In this document: positions 45,069 through 54,984 of the stretch, piece after piece | Numbering within the stretch: position 1 is the stretch's first letter | Layout of the letters: every line of letters begins with the position of its first letter | Source: a virus | IMG/VR virus record: IMGVR_UViG_3300037258_000301 | Span: 64,001 to 128,000 of that record | DNA: 64,000 bases | Direction: 5' to 3' (one strand) | Translations under genes and position numbers: made by a program | The notes under the pieces: model-generated | Database searches by the model: none | What the model saw: only the letters and a program-made list of their open reading frames with translations | Told to the model about the DNA's origin: nothing

Positions 45069-45896
45069 ATGTTGTCCCTCGCGGACCACTACCCCGTCCC
45101 ACACTTCATCCCCACGCTGACCAATGACGAATTTCGACGATTCACCCCCACCGCCGTATGTCCGACGTGTCGTGGGGAGGGGAGCTTCCTGTGGGACTAC
45201 GACGAGAATGGGCCAGTCGCCGCGCCAATACGGTGGCAATGCGACTGCCTGAGCCAAATCATCCTGAACAACTATCTGATGCGCTGCGGCTTGAACCCTC
45301 ATCTATATTGGCGCACCGCCAAAGATCTGCTCGCCTTCGAGCGGGGTGAGGCCGAGCTGGGTGAGTACGTATCCAGTCCCAACGAGTATGCCCAGGCCGG
45401 CATCGGGTTGAGCCTTACCGGCGATCCGGTCAACGGGAAGTCGACCTGGGCGACGTTCCTGATGAAGGTCTTCATCGCCGAACAGTGGGACGTGCAGTGC
45501 ATGAGTCTGGATACCCTGGCTGACTCCTACACTGCCACTTGGGCCCGCAAGGGCAAGACCGAACAGCATCAACAGACCAGTACGGATTGGTTCACCGACC
45601 GCATCCTCAAGGTGCCCGTTCTGCTGATCGACAATATTGGCCGCAATGACAAACGCAATGATTTCAGTACGGTGCAGCAAGCGTTTCTTCGTATCACCAG
45701 CGAACGCCTGGAAACTGGTCGCGTCACTCTCATGACTTTCTCGGGCAAATCCGAGACCTCTCCGGTCCCGCTCGATCACCTCACGGCCACCACGTTGACC
45801 GTGAACCTGCGCGGACCTGATCTTTCCACCGCTTCCCGGCAACGCGTCATTGCCGACATCCAAGCTGGCATCCATCGCCCATTGAGACTGATCTGA
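45069..45896 (+). CDS. DnaC/IstB-like AAA+ helicase loader
   Basis: CPTCRGEG..CDC zinc motif; GDPVNGKST Walker A; LLIDNIG Walker B. Confidence 0.8.
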   Translation: MLSLADHYPVPHFIPTLTNDEFRRFTPTAVCPTCRGEGSFLWDYDENGPVAAPIRWQCDCLSQIILNNYLMRCGLNPHLYWRTAKDLLAFERGEAELGEYVSSPNEYAQAGIGLSLTGDPVNGKSTWATFLMKVFIAEQWDVQCMSLDTLADSYTATWARKGKTEQHQQTSTDWFTDRILKVPVLLIDNIGRNDKRNDFSTVQQAFLRITSERLETGRVTLMTFSGKSETSPVPLDHLTATTLTVNLRGPDLSTASRQRVIADIQAGIHRPLRLI

Positions 45897-45908
45897 GAGG
45901 GAGGGGCC

Positions 45909-47237
45909 ATGCGAGAATCCGAACGCGTCCTACTCTCCCACCTCACCGAGACGGCGTCGTTGGAGCTGCTCTCCGCCGAGGGCTTCGCGACCGAGCAGGG
46001 CTGCGAGGTGCTCTCCTCGGAGATCGTTCGGTCGATCGTGCGTTGGGCGATCGCGTTGTACTTCGAGTCCGGCCGCGACGTGCCGATCACTCGACGCATG
46101 ATCGAGGAGACCTGGGAGCACGAGCTGGAGCAGCTCGACGTCCAGATCGACGACGAGCATGAGTTGGAGCCGGTCGAGTGGGTGATCGATGACCTACGGG
46201 CCGCCTACGCCGGCAAGATCGCTCATGACTTCGCCACGAAGCTCGCCGTGGCCGTCGGCGAGGAAGCCCATGCCCCCGATCGCGTGAAGGTGCTGTTGGA
46301 ATACAGCCACGAGTTGTTCGCTATCACCCGCACGCTGGTGTCTCGTCGGCAGGAGGCAGACCTGGGGCAGGGCGTGGACATGGCCCTCACGAGCTACTTC
46401 CAGCGGGTTGAGGCCAACACCCATCTGGAGGGACTGACCTTCGGCCTGCCCTCCATCGACAACCACACCAAAGGTATCCACCCTGGCGAGGTGGCCGTGT
46501 TCGCGGCCCCCTCGGGTGAGGGCAAATCCTGGGTGGGACTCAAGGCCACCTTCGAGGAATGGCGCCGGCACCGTAAGTCAATCCTGTTCACCCTGGAGAA
46601 CTCTCTGCCCATGACGTTCGACCGGCTCGTCTGCGTGGGTGCGGGAGTGCGGTATGAGGCATGGCAGGAAGGGTCTTGTACCGAGCCGGAGATCTTGCGG
46701 GTTAAGCAACTCCTGGAAGAAATGCGCGACACTGACTGGTGCCCGCTGGTCATCATGCCCGGCCGGAACGAGCGCACCATGACCGCGATGGTGCGCAAGA
46801 CGTTCACCGAAAACGCTGTCTCGCTGATCATCGACCAGCTCTCCTTCGTTGAAGAGACCATCAAGGGTGCCAAGCAGCGCAACAGGTGGGGCGCTTTTGG
46901 CGACATGATGCACGAGTTGCATGACGAGGTGGCCGAGGGCAAGGAAAAGCTCTCGGCTTTCGTTTTGCATCAGATCAACCGCAAGGGCATCGAGGAGGCA
47001 GCCAAGACCGGCCGCTTCCACATGGAGCATTTGGCCGAGGCCAGTGAGATCGAACGCACTGCCGACTTCATTTATGCGGCCTACCGCTCCGATTTCGACA
47101 AGCAGAACAATCTCGCCACCTGGCAGCAACTCAAAGGTCGTCGGGTACGACCACATGATGACTGGCCGATGGTGTGGGACCTTGCGCGCGGTCACATCGC
47201 CGTACGTGGCGACGAACCTTCTCGGAGGGCGGCATGA
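45909..47237 (+). CDS. dnaB: DnaB-like replicative helicase
   Basis: APSGEGKS; FTLE; IIDQL; LHQINR; IERTAD. Confidence 0.88.
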   Translation: MRESERVLLSHLTETASLELLSAEGFATEQGCEVLSSEIVRSIVRWAIALYFESGRDVPITRRMIEETWEHELEQLDVQIDDEHELEPVEWVIDDLRAAYAGKIAHDFATKLAVAVGEEAHAPDRVKVLLEYSHELFAITRTLVSRRQEADLGQGVDMALTSYFQRVEANTHLEGLTFGLPSIDNHTKGIHPGEVAVFAAPSGEGKSWVGLKATFEEWRRHRKSILFTLENSLPMTFDRLVCVGAGVRYEAWQEGSCTEPEILRVKQLLEEMRDTDWCPLVIMPGRNERTMTAMVRKTFTENAVSLIIDQLSFVEETIKGAKQRNRWGAFGDMMHELHDEVAEGKEKLSAFVLHQINRKGIEEAAKTGRFHMEHLAEASEIERTADFIYAAYRSDFDKQNNLATWQQLKGRRVRPHDDWPMVWDLARGHIAVRGDEPSRRAA

Positions 47238-48262
47238 GCACCTTCATTCAGGGGCGCCTGCCGACCACGCAGAAGAAGATGCTTTGTCGCGATCTGCTCG
47301 CCGAGTTCGGGGCCCGCAACATCACCGAGCACTCCAACGGCGAACTGATCCACTCTTGCTGTCTGCCGTTCGGTCAGCATCGCAACGGCGACAGCAACCC
47401 CTCGGCTTCGTTGAACTATCAGAAGCTCACCTACTCATGTCTCGGATGTGGAAACTCGGGCGGCCTGTTGTGGTTCCTGGCCGTATGCCGGGGCGAGGAA
47501 CCCCTGGAGGTGCGCAAGTGGCTGGAGAACGCCACCGGCACCGAGGGTGGGGTGCTCGACCTCCAGAATCTGCTTCGACTTATCGACGAAATCTTCGAGC
47601 CCAAAACTTCGGTCTACCAACCGATGCCAAAGTACGACCCGTCGATATTGGACGCATGGCGGCAACCCAACTTCCATCCTCTCCTCACTGAGGGCGCGCC
47701 CGATCTCGATATCGAAGGATGGCACATGCCCGAAGAGACATTGCGTCACTTTGATATTGGTTACGATCTCACCACCGACCGCATCACCATCCCAGTGTGG
47801 TGGAAGGGGAAACTGGTCGGTTGGCAGGCCCGTGCGGTCTGTGACGATGAGGAGAACAAGTACAAGTCCTCTCCTGAGCTACCGCGTCGGTCCATTATGT
47901 ACAACTACAGCCAACGTGACCACTACATCGTCGTGGAGAGCCCAAAGTCCGTGCTGCGCCATTATCATCACCAGCCGACCATCGCGGCTACCTTCGGCGC
48001 CAAGGTGGAGCAGGCACAGCAGGCTCTCCTGCACAGTGCCGGCCGGGTCGTGTTGTGGTTCGACAACGACCCGGCGGGCTGGTCGGCCACCCGCAAGGTT
48101 GGTAATCGGCTGACCGCCTACACCTCGGTCTACGCCGTGCTCAGCCCCTGGAAAGGAGGACCGGAGAATCTTCCCGATGGCGTCATGGATCAGCTCGTCG
48201 AGCAGGCAGTGCCCTACGCTGTGTGGCACTTACCAGATCAACTGCGACGTTGGAGACCCTGA
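47234..48262 (+). CDS. dnaG: DnaG-like primase
   Basis: C..H..D..PS..CLGC zinc finger; RITIP; VVES and WFDNDPAG TOPRIM motifs. Confidence 0.88.
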   Translation: MSTFIQGRLPTTQKKMLCRDLLAEFGARNITEHSNGELIHSCCLPFGQHRNGDSNPSASLNYQKLTYSCLGCGNSGGLLWFLAVCRGEEPLEVRKWLENATGTEGGVLDLQNLLRLIDEIFEPKTSVYQPMPKYDPSILDAWRQPNFHPLLTEGAPDLDIEGWHMPEETLRHFDIGYDLTTDRITIPVWWKGKLVGWQARAVCDDEENKYKSSPELPRRSIMYNYSQRDHYIVVESPKSVLRHYHHQPTIAATFGAKVEQAQQALLHSAGRVVLWFDNDPAGWSATRKVGNRLTAYTSVYAVLSPWKGGPENLPDGVMDQLVEQAVPYAVWHLPDQLRRWRP

Positions 48263-48426
48263 TGGCTATCCGCAAGTTCGGCATCCAGGAAGCGATCCTC
48301 ACCACCGAGGACGCCGACGACGACCTCATTCGGAAGGAGGCAGCCCGCGCATGGACCCCCGAGGACGCGGCCCAGTTGGCTCAGGAGAACTCGGACTCGT
48401 CATTCGGGGACTCGGACCGCTCCTAG
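48262..48426 (+). CDS. small acidic protein, 54 aa
   Basis: TGATG coupling to the primase stop, GGAG upstream. Confidence 0.5.
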   Translation: MAIRKFGIQEAILTTEDADDDLIRKEAARAWTPEDAAQLAQENSDSSFGDSDRS

Positions 48427-50168
48427 CTTCCACGTGCCGTCAGTTGGCCACCTGGACCGTTTGGGATGTCAACGGCTACTACGGGAGCTTGGGTTTTCGC
48501 TTCGGTGATCGGCCGAGTAAGCGTCAACTGCGGCATGCCTTCGAGCGTCTACGCGGGCACGACAATGCACGCCTGACCGAGATCCTGCACGTCCTGTTGC
48601 GCCAACGGGCTGAGTACGACCGCTGCGCGTTCGGAGAGCCTTTCTACGACCGAATGTTCACCGAGTTCATCAAACGGGTCGCCGAGCGTCTGGCTGGGGC
48701 AGCAGGCCGTGCCCAGCGTGACGTCCTGGACGACTGGGGTTTCCGCGACCTGCCAGAGGACTTCGACGAACTGGAACGAGAGTTCCTGGCTGACCCCTCT
48801 TCCCCTCGCCGATCCTCATGGGCTACCGTGGTCTGGCCGTGGTCCTGGTACGCGGACCGAACCGAGAGTGTCGACTTGGTTCGGCTATCTGTTTGGCAAC
48901 AAGCCCTGGTCCGTCATCTTCGCGTCGCTCGTTTTTCTGTCGGCCTCTCCGGCTACGGTGATCCCGTCAGTGCCCGCGTGATCGGTGGGGACTGGGTGGT
49001 CTTCCTCCGGGACGACCAAATACCTGACGAAGGTCGGGCACGACAAGCCGCACGACAAGTACATACGAGCGCCACTTATGCGCTCCAGGACAATAACCGT
49101 ACAAGGAGAACCATGAAGTACATTGGTGGGTCTGCCGCAGTCAAGATTGTTGAGGCGGAGACCAATTCCGGTTTTGGCGGTGGCCGTAAGCACCCCTACA
49201 TCTCGTCAGTCCTGAAGAACAAGGACGACTCGGTGATCCTGCGCTTCCTCGACAACCCGGAGATGGGCGTCGACGAAGAGAACTTCTGGATTACGTTGGC
49301 AACGCACGACTACGTGCCCGTCAAGCCGGCACCCGCCTCCATGGACGCAGACAAGAAGAAGAAGTGGCCGGAGACCATGACGGCCATCTGCCGGACGCAG
49401 CAGCAGCTCCAGGGTGAGTACGACAACTGCTACATCTGCGAGAACCTCACCAAGGACGATAAGAACGGCAAGCCGCGTCCCTGGAGCAAGTCGGGTACCA
49501 CCTTCGCGCGAGCGATTCACCGCGAACGAGTCAAGATCACCCAGGCCGATGTGGATGCCGGCAACGCTCCCGCCGAGGCGTTGGGCAAGTGGGCCATGCG
49601 TGACGTGATGGTCGAGATGGATGAGCTTGATGACAAGGGCGACCCTACTGGCCGGAAGGTATCGGTACCGGAGATCTTCCTGGTGCAGCAGAAGTGGTCG
49701 AACTTCTTCCAGCAGATCTCGATCATGTCCGAAGAGTACGACGGGACGATTCTGGATCGGGACATCAAGATGACCCGGACTGGCGTGAAGCTGGAGACTG
49801 CCTACACGCCGACGCCGCTGAACCAAACTCCGAACTTCGACCTGAGCGACCCGGAAACTCGCGCTCCGTTCGACAAGGTGTTCCCGTGGAGTGATCTGAT
49901 CGAGTTCATCGACAACCTGCACTCCGACCGGTACTTCGGCCGCTTCTTCGACCCGAGCTACATCGACCCCGACGAGGAGAAGAAGTCGAGTCGTCCCGCG
50001 AGTTCCACCAGCGTCGTCTACGAGGATGTCGACGAGGCGGCTCCGGCCCGGCCGACGAGCAACGGCATCTCCCAGGAGAAGATGGACGCGCTGAAGGCGC
50101 GCATGGGTGGCGCGAAGAAGTCTGAACCGTCGGTCGAGACTGACGACGGGGCTCTCGCGAACGCGTAA
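48351..50168 (+). CDS. J-domain-like protein reading through in frame into the SSB
   Basis: AAGGAGG RBS before ATG at 48351; WDVNGYYGSLG..RAEYD J-domain pattern; no stop before 50168. Confidence 0.55.
   Translation: MDPRGRGPVGSGELGLVIRGLGPLLASTCRQLATWTVWDVNGYYGSLGFRFGDRPSKRQLRHAFERLRGHDNARLTEILHVLLRQRAEYDRCAFGEPFYDRMFTEFIKRVAERLAGAAGRAQRDVLDDWGFRDLPEDFDELEREFLADPSSPRRSSWATVVWPWSWYADRTESVDLVRLSVWQQALVRHLRVARFSVGLSGYGDPVSARVIGGDWVVFLRDDQIPDEGRARQAARQVHTSATYALQDNNRTRRTMKYIGGSAAVKIVEAETNSGFGGGRKHPYISSVLKNKDDSVILRFLDNPEMGVDEENFWITLATHDYVPVKPAPASMDADKKKKWPETMTAICRTQQQLQGEYDNCYICENLTKDDKNGKPRPWSKSGTTFARAIHRERVKITQADVDAGNAPAEALGKWAMRDVMVEMDELDDKGDPTGRKVSVPEIFLVQQKWSNFFQQISIMSEEYDGTILDRDIKMTRTGVKLETAYTPTPLNQTPNFDLSDPETRAPFDKVFPWSDLIEFIDNLHSDRYFGRFFDPSYIDPDEEKKSSRPASSTSVVYEDVDEAAPARPTSNGISQEKMDALKARMGGAKKSEPSVETDDGALANA
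49113..50168 (+). CDS. single-stranded DNA-binding protein, T4 gp32-like
   Basis: AAGGAG RBS before ATG at 49113; ILRFL, H..C..CYIC zinc ligands, RDIKMTRTG..TAY, acidic C-terminal region. Confidence 0.8.
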   Translation: MKYIGGSAAVKIVEAETNSGFGGGRKHPYISSVLKNKDDSVILRFLDNPEMGVDEENFWITLATHDYVPVKPAPASMDADKKKKWPETMTAICRTQQQLQGEYDNCYICENLTKDDKNGKPRPWSKSGTTFARAIHRERVKITQADVDAGNAPAEALGKWAMRDVMVEMDELDDKGDPTGRKVSVPEIFLVQQKWSNFFQQISIMSEEYDGTILDRDIKMTRTGVKLETAYTPTPLNQTPNFDLSDPETRAPFDKVFPWSDLIEFIDNLHSDRYFGRFFDPSYIDPDEEKKSSRPASSTSVVYEDVDEAAPARPTSNGISQEKMDALKARMGGAKKSEPSVETDDGALANA

Positions 50169-50179
50169 GCTCCCCTCCA

Positions 50180-50240
50180 CCACCGGGTCGACGAATCCCC
50201 GGCGGAGGCACCCTCAGCGCCTCCATCGTCGGCCCGGTGG
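50180..50240 (+). promoter_or_regulatory. long two-tier stem-loop between the SSB gene and dnaE
   Basis: 15-bp outer stem with one G-U pair plus a GGAGGC/GCCTCC inner stem. Confidence 0.6.
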
Positions 50241-50267
50241 CCACGCATCTCACCCCCTGGATACCGC

Positions 50268-53200
50268 GTGCATACTCTCATCGAGTCCTACAGCCCCTCC
50301 GCGACCGTCACCATCGCGGATCAAACCTTCCCCGAGCGGTGTCTGCTCGAAGACGAGGACGGCCAACGGCTGATGCTCGTCCGCGACACCATCAAGGTCG
50401 CCGACTACACTCACGCCGTTTCTCATGGCGCCGGCATGATCGTGCGCACCGAGCCCCGCCTTGCGTTCGTACTCAATGAGACGTTCAGCGAGAGCGTCCA
50501 TCCCGATACGGGCGATGACACCTACTTCCTCGACTCCCGATACTGGACGGCGCACGAGAACTTGCCGACCTTCTTTGAGGCATTCCAGGCCCGCTATGCC
50601 CCAAAATCCGAAAACTCGAACTTCGTTCACCTCCATGCACACTCGGAGTACAGCCCACTGGATGGCCTCAGTACTCCCGAGGAGATGGTCAACGCGGCCG
50701 TCCGCATGGGGCAGAAGGCCATGGCCATTACTGATCATGGAACTTGTGCAGGCCAGCCCGCGTTCCAGATCGCCTGTGACAAGGGTGGCATCAAGCCCAT
50801 CCTGGGTATCGAGGCGTACTTCGTCGACGACCGGTCCGTACGCGAGAATCGCTACGACTACTGGCACCTGATCTTGTTGGCCCAGGATCAGGAAGGACTG
50901 CGCAACCTGTGGGCGATGTCCACCGAGAGCTTCCGGGACGGCTACTACGACCGCAAGCCTCGCTTGGACTGGGAGACCCTGGAACGCTACGCCGAGGGCG
51001 TCCTGTGTTCCACGGCGTGCCTGCGAGGCCCGGTGGTTGACCCATACCTCAAGGGCGACACTGAGCGCGCGGTGAGCAACCTGGGGCGTCTGAAGGCCAT
51101 CTTCGGTGACCGGCTCTACGCCGAGATCCACGCCAACCAGATCCCCGATCAGATCAAGGCCAACCGCTGGCTCACCGAGACCGCCCGCACCTACGACGTA
51201 CCTCTGGTCGCCGTGTGCGATTCGCACTACCCCACGTCAGCTGACGCTGACGCCCATCGTGTCTGGCTGTCGATCACCACGAACAAGGACGTCACTGACG
51301 ATTCCAGTCTGTTTCAGGGGCAGCAGGACTACTCCCTGCGGGATGAGGTTGATGTCCGGGTGGCCCTGAGCTACCTCGCCCCTGACGAGGTCGACGAAGC
51401 GGTAGCCAACACCTCGGTTATCGCTGAGCGGTGCACCGCCCGTATCGAGAAGCGCCTGCACATGCCGGTCTACTCGCGTCGCAGTGCCGAGTACCCCGAT
51501 CCGGTAGCTCGTGACAAGGAGCGCCTGTTCGAGCTGTGTATGCAACGGTGGGAGGAGCGCACCACCGGCAAGACCAAGAGTCAGGACGTCTACCTGGCTC
51601 GGTTCGAGCGCGAGTTCAACCTCATCGTGGAGAAGGGGTTCCCGGGCTACTTCTTGATCGTGTGGGACATCATCTCCCACGCGAAGCGCAATCGAGTCAT
51701 GGTCAGTCCCGGCCGTGGCTCAGGTGGTGGATGCCTCTTGGCCTACCTATTGGGCATCACTGAACTGGATTCCGTCGAAGACGATATTCTGTTCGAACGC
51801 TTCATGACCAAAGGCCGTACCGAGCTGCCCGACTTCGACCTGGACTTCCCCTCCAGCAAGAAGCAGTTCATGTTCGACTACATCGCTGGTCGGTGGGGCC
51901 GAGACAATATGGCCATTGTCGGGACTCACATGCGATTGAAGAACAAGAGCGTCTTCAAGGACGTCTCGCGCGCGCTGAAGTCGCAGCTGCCTGAGGGCTA
52001 CTACCTCGATATCGAGAACATCTGCAAGATCGTCGACAACGCCGAGGCAGACACCGCCGGCCTGGGCCTGTCCTACGAGCAACTCTTCGCCAAGGTGGGC
52101 GAGGAGCTGGAACCCTATCGTGAGAAGTACCCCGAGGTCTTCCGCTGGGCCGACTTGCTCAACCACCGGCTGAAGACTTACGGCACCCATCCGGCCGGCA
52201 TCGTCATCGACACTGAAGCGCCGCTGACCGAGAACCTGCCGTTGCGGGCCGGCGACAACGGGATGGTCACCCAGTTCGCCCTGGAGGCTCTGGAGTCCCT
52301 GGGTTACGTCAAGTTCGACCTGCTCAACCTGCGCAACCTCGACACCCTCCAGATCTGTTGTGATCTGATCAAGGAACACACCGGGCGCGACATCGACCCC
52401 TACTCCTTCACCAGGGAAGAGCTGTCCGACCCGATGGTGTTCGAGCGCATCGGGGCGGGCTGGACGCTGGGCATGTTCCAGATCAACACCCACCAGGGCA
52501 CGCGCCTATGTACGCGGTACAAGCCGCAAACGCTCGTCGAGCTGGCACACGTACTCACCCTCGTTCGGCCGGGTCCTTCCCGCTCAGGACTGACTGACCT
52601 CTACCTGCGGCGCCGAGAGACCGGTGAGGAGATCACCTATCCCGACGAGCGGCTGCGCTCCATCCTGGGCCACACCGAGGGCATCATGCTGTTCCAGGAA
52701 CAGCTCATGCAGATCTGCCTGGTGATCGCCAACTACACCGACGTGGAAGCGGACAAGGTCCGCAAGATCCTCGGCAAGAAGAAGGTCGAGCTGGCCAAAG
52801 AGGAAGGTCGGAAGTTCATTGCGGCAGCTGTCGACAATGACACCGACGAGAAGGTAGCCATCCAGCTATGGGAGCAGATGGAGGAGTTCGCCAAGTACTC
52901 CTTTGGCTACGCCCACGCAATGGGCTATGGCACCTTCACCTATTGGACCGGCTGGCTGATGTGCCATTACCCGCTGTACATGTTGTGTGCCGCGCTCTCC
53001 TCAGTCAAGGCGGAAGAGATTCCCACTTTCGTGGAAGAGGCGCGACGCATGGGGTATGCCGTCCTGCCTCCGGACATCAATCTGTCCCGGCGAGGCTTCA
53101 CCGTGGATCCGGCCAACATGGCCGTCCGATATGGCCTGGAGTCCGTAGATGGTGTCGGCCCGGTTGCGGTGGATGCGCTTCTGGCGGCGCAGCCCTTCGC

Positions 53201-53933
53201 TGACTGGGAGGACTTCGTCGAGCGGAAGACCTCCAAGTGCAACTCCGGGCACGTCGCCGTCCTCAACAAGATCGGTGCGTTCGAGTCCATCACCGGGCAC
53301 CGGCGCTGGCTGGAGCTGAAGCTGGAGTTGGAGGCCGTCCCCTCTTCGGGTGCCTGCGTGAACCACTCCGAGGACCTCGACGAGCACGAACTGCCCTGCT
53401 CGTTCGACTGGAGTTCACTGCCCCCGGCGCTGGGCAAGACCGGCAAGTTGCTCGCGAAGCAGCCTGGCCCTCCGAAGAAGTGTTCGCGCGCCTGCAAGCA
53501 GTTCCAAGCCCGACAGCCCGAACCCATCGACCTGGTGGCGCCTTACACCGCCGAGGACATTCGCCGGATCGAGGACGACGTGCTCGGTGTGTTCCTCTCC
53601 TCGACCCCGTTCGACCGATTGGACCCTGCTGACCGCGAAGAGTGTCTCACCGCCGAGGAGGTACTCACCGCCGAGCCAGGCCGCTACCTGGTGGCCGCGA
53701 TCATCAAGAAGATCAAGAACCACTGGGACAGCTCCGGTTCGGCGATGTGCTTCCTGGAGGTGGCCACCGAGCGAGGCCAACTGCCGGTGACGGTGTTCGG
53801 CTCCGCCTACGCGGAGATCCGCGATCAACTCGTCCGGGGCTCTCTGTGCCTGCTGCTGGTCAAGCACGACAGCCGAGGTCAGATCCTGGACGAGATCATC
53901 AACCTGGACATGATGGAGAGCACTGATGCCTAA
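50268..53933 (+). CDS. dnaE: DNA polymerase III alpha subunit
   Basis: FVHLHAHSEYS and AITDHG PHP motifs; PGRGSGGG; PDFDLDF; HPAG; KFDLL; YSFGYAHA; C-terminal OB fold. Confidence 0.96.
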   Translation: MHTLIESYSPSATVTIADQTFPERCLLEDEDGQRLMLVRDTIKVADYTHAVSHGAGMIVRTEPRLAFVLNETFSESVHPDTGDDTYFLDSRYWTAHENLPTFFEAFQARYAPKSENSNFVHLHAHSEYSPLDGLSTPEEMVNAAVRMGQKAMAITDHGTCAGQPAFQIACDKGGIKPILGIEAYFVDDRSVRENRYDYWHLILLAQDQEGLRNLWAMSTESFRDGYYDRKPRLDWETLERYAEGVLCSTACLRGPVVDPYLKGDTERAVSNLGRLKAIFGDRLYAEIHANQIPDQIKANRWLTETARTYDVPLVAVCDSHYPTSADADAHRVWLSITTNKDVTDDSSLFQGQQDYSLRDEVDVRVALSYLAPDEVDEAVANTSVIAERCTARIEKRLHMPVYSRRSAEYPDPVARDKERLFELCMQRWEERTTGKTKSQDVYLARFEREFNLIVEKGFPGYFLIVWDIISHAKRNRVMVSPGRGSGGGCLLAYLLGITELDSVEDDILFERFMTKGRTELPDFDLDFPSSKKQFMFDYIAGRWGRDNMAIVGTHMRLKNKSVFKDVSRALKSQLPEGYYLDIENICKIVDNAEADTAGLGLSYEQLFAKVGEELEPYREKYPEVFRWADLLNHRLKTYGTHPAGIVIDTEAPLTENLPLRAGDNGMVTQFALEALESLGYVKFDLLNLRNLDTLQICCDLIKEHTGRDIDPYSFTREELSDPMVFERIGAGWTLGMFQINTHQGTRLCTRYKPQTLVELAHVLTLVRPGPSRSGLTDLYLRRRETGEEITYPDERLRSILGHTEGIMLFQEQLMQICLVIANYTDVEADKVRKILGKKKVELAKEEGRKFIAAAVDNDTDEKVAIQLWEQMEEFAKYSFGYAHAMGYGTFTYWTGWLMCHYPLYMLCAALSSVKAEEIPTFVEEARRMGYAVLPPDINLSRRGFTVDPANMAVRYGLESVDGVGPVAVDALLAAQPFADWEDFVERKTSKCNSGHVAVLNKIGAFESITGHRRWLELKLELEAVPSSGACVNHSEDLDEHELPCSFDWSSLPPALGKTGKLLAKQPGPPKKCSRACKQFQARQPEPIDLVAPYTAEDIRRIEDDVLGVFLSSTPFDRLDPADREECLTAEEVLTAEPGRYLVAAIIKKIKNHWDSSGSAMCFLEVATERGQLPVTVFGSAYAEIRDQLVRGSLCLLLVKHDSRGQILDEIINLDMMESTDA

Positions 53934-54984
53934 GAACGCGGTCGAGAGCGCCCTGGAGAAGTTTCAGGCCCAGTTCGACAAGAGCTTCGGCGAGGGGGTC
54001 ATGCGTCGAGCCACGCAGATGCCCGGCTACGACGTGATCCCCACCGGCTCGCCCTCTCTGGACTATGCCATGGGCAGCGGTGGTTACATCCGGGGGCGTT
54101 TGACGGAATTGTGGGGGATGCCCGGTTCTGGCAAGACCACCATGTCGTTGATCGGGATGGCTGAGGCGCAGAAGGCGGTGCCGGATCGCATGGTGGCCCT
54201 GGTGGACGTCGAAAAGACCTATGACCAGGACTGGGCGGTCGCGCATGGCATTGACACCACTCGTCTCATGGTCATCACCCCCACTACGGCCGAGGACGCC
54301 GCCGACCAGATGAAGAGCCTCATTGAGTCCAACTTGTTCTCGGCGATCACTCTCGACTCCATCGGTGCCATGCTGCCGGCCAAGGAGGCTGAGAAGGATG
54401 CTGGAGACGCGGTGGTGGGAATGGGGGCCAAAGTGGTGACGCGCATGGTCAAGACTGCCACCAACAAGGCCACCGAAAACCATGTCGCGATCATCCTGAT
54501 CAATCAGGTCCGCGCCGCCATCGGGTCGTTCGTCGGTCCCGACACCACTACGCCCGGAGGTTTCGCTCTTCGACACTGCACCACGCATGTCCTGAAGCAC
54601 CGACGTACGCGGGAGACCCCGAAGTTCATCGGAACGAAGGAGTACCAGGTACAGGTCGGCCATCAGATCGCGATCAACGTAGAGAAGAACAAGGTCGCCC
54701 CGCCCAAGCGCACGGCCTACCTATGGATGTTCAACCAGGCCACCCCCGAATACGGGCCCGTCGGCATCGACAAGGTCACCGACGTGTTCAACCTGGCCAA
54801 GCAGCTGGACCTCATGCACCGATCCGGCGCTATGTACACGCTGCCTGACGCATCCAAGCACAACGGGGAACCAGCCGTCATACCGTACCTGCGGGCCCAC
54901 CCCGAGGTCTGCGACATGCTCCGCACCAAGGCTCTGTCGTTGGCTGCTGACACCCTCGCCGACGAGCCTCTCCAGGAGGGATGA
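53926..54984 (+). CDS. recA: RecA-like recombinase
   Basis: IPTGSPSLD; GMPGSGKTT; DSIGA; INQVR; TTPGGFAL; KNKVAPP. Confidence 0.95.
   Translation: MPKNAVESALEKFQAQFDKSFGEGVMRRATQMPGYDVIPTGSPSLDYAMGSGGYIRGRLTELWGMPGSGKTTMSLIGMAEAQKAVPDRMVALVDVEKTYDQDWAVAHGIDTTRLMVITPTTAEDAADQMKSLIESNLFSAITLDSIGAMLPAKEAEKDAGDAVVGMGAKVVTRMVKTATNKATENHVAIILINQVRAAIGSFVGPDTTTPGGFALRHCTTHVLKHRRTRETPKFIGTKEYQVQVGHQIAINVEKNKVAPPKRTAYLWMFNQATPEYGPVGIDKVTDVFNLAKQLDLMHRSGAMYTLPDASKHNGEPAVIPYLRAHPEVCDMLRTKALSLAADTLADEPLQEG

Noticed and set aside
48177-48350. ORF-track start of the 663-aa ORF
   Set aside because: It overlaps the primase 3' end and a coupled small gene; ATG at 48351 has a strong AAGGAGG
49039-49060. GCACGACAAG direct repeat
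   Set aside because: Only two copies, in frame (ARQA/ARQV); not enough to call iterons
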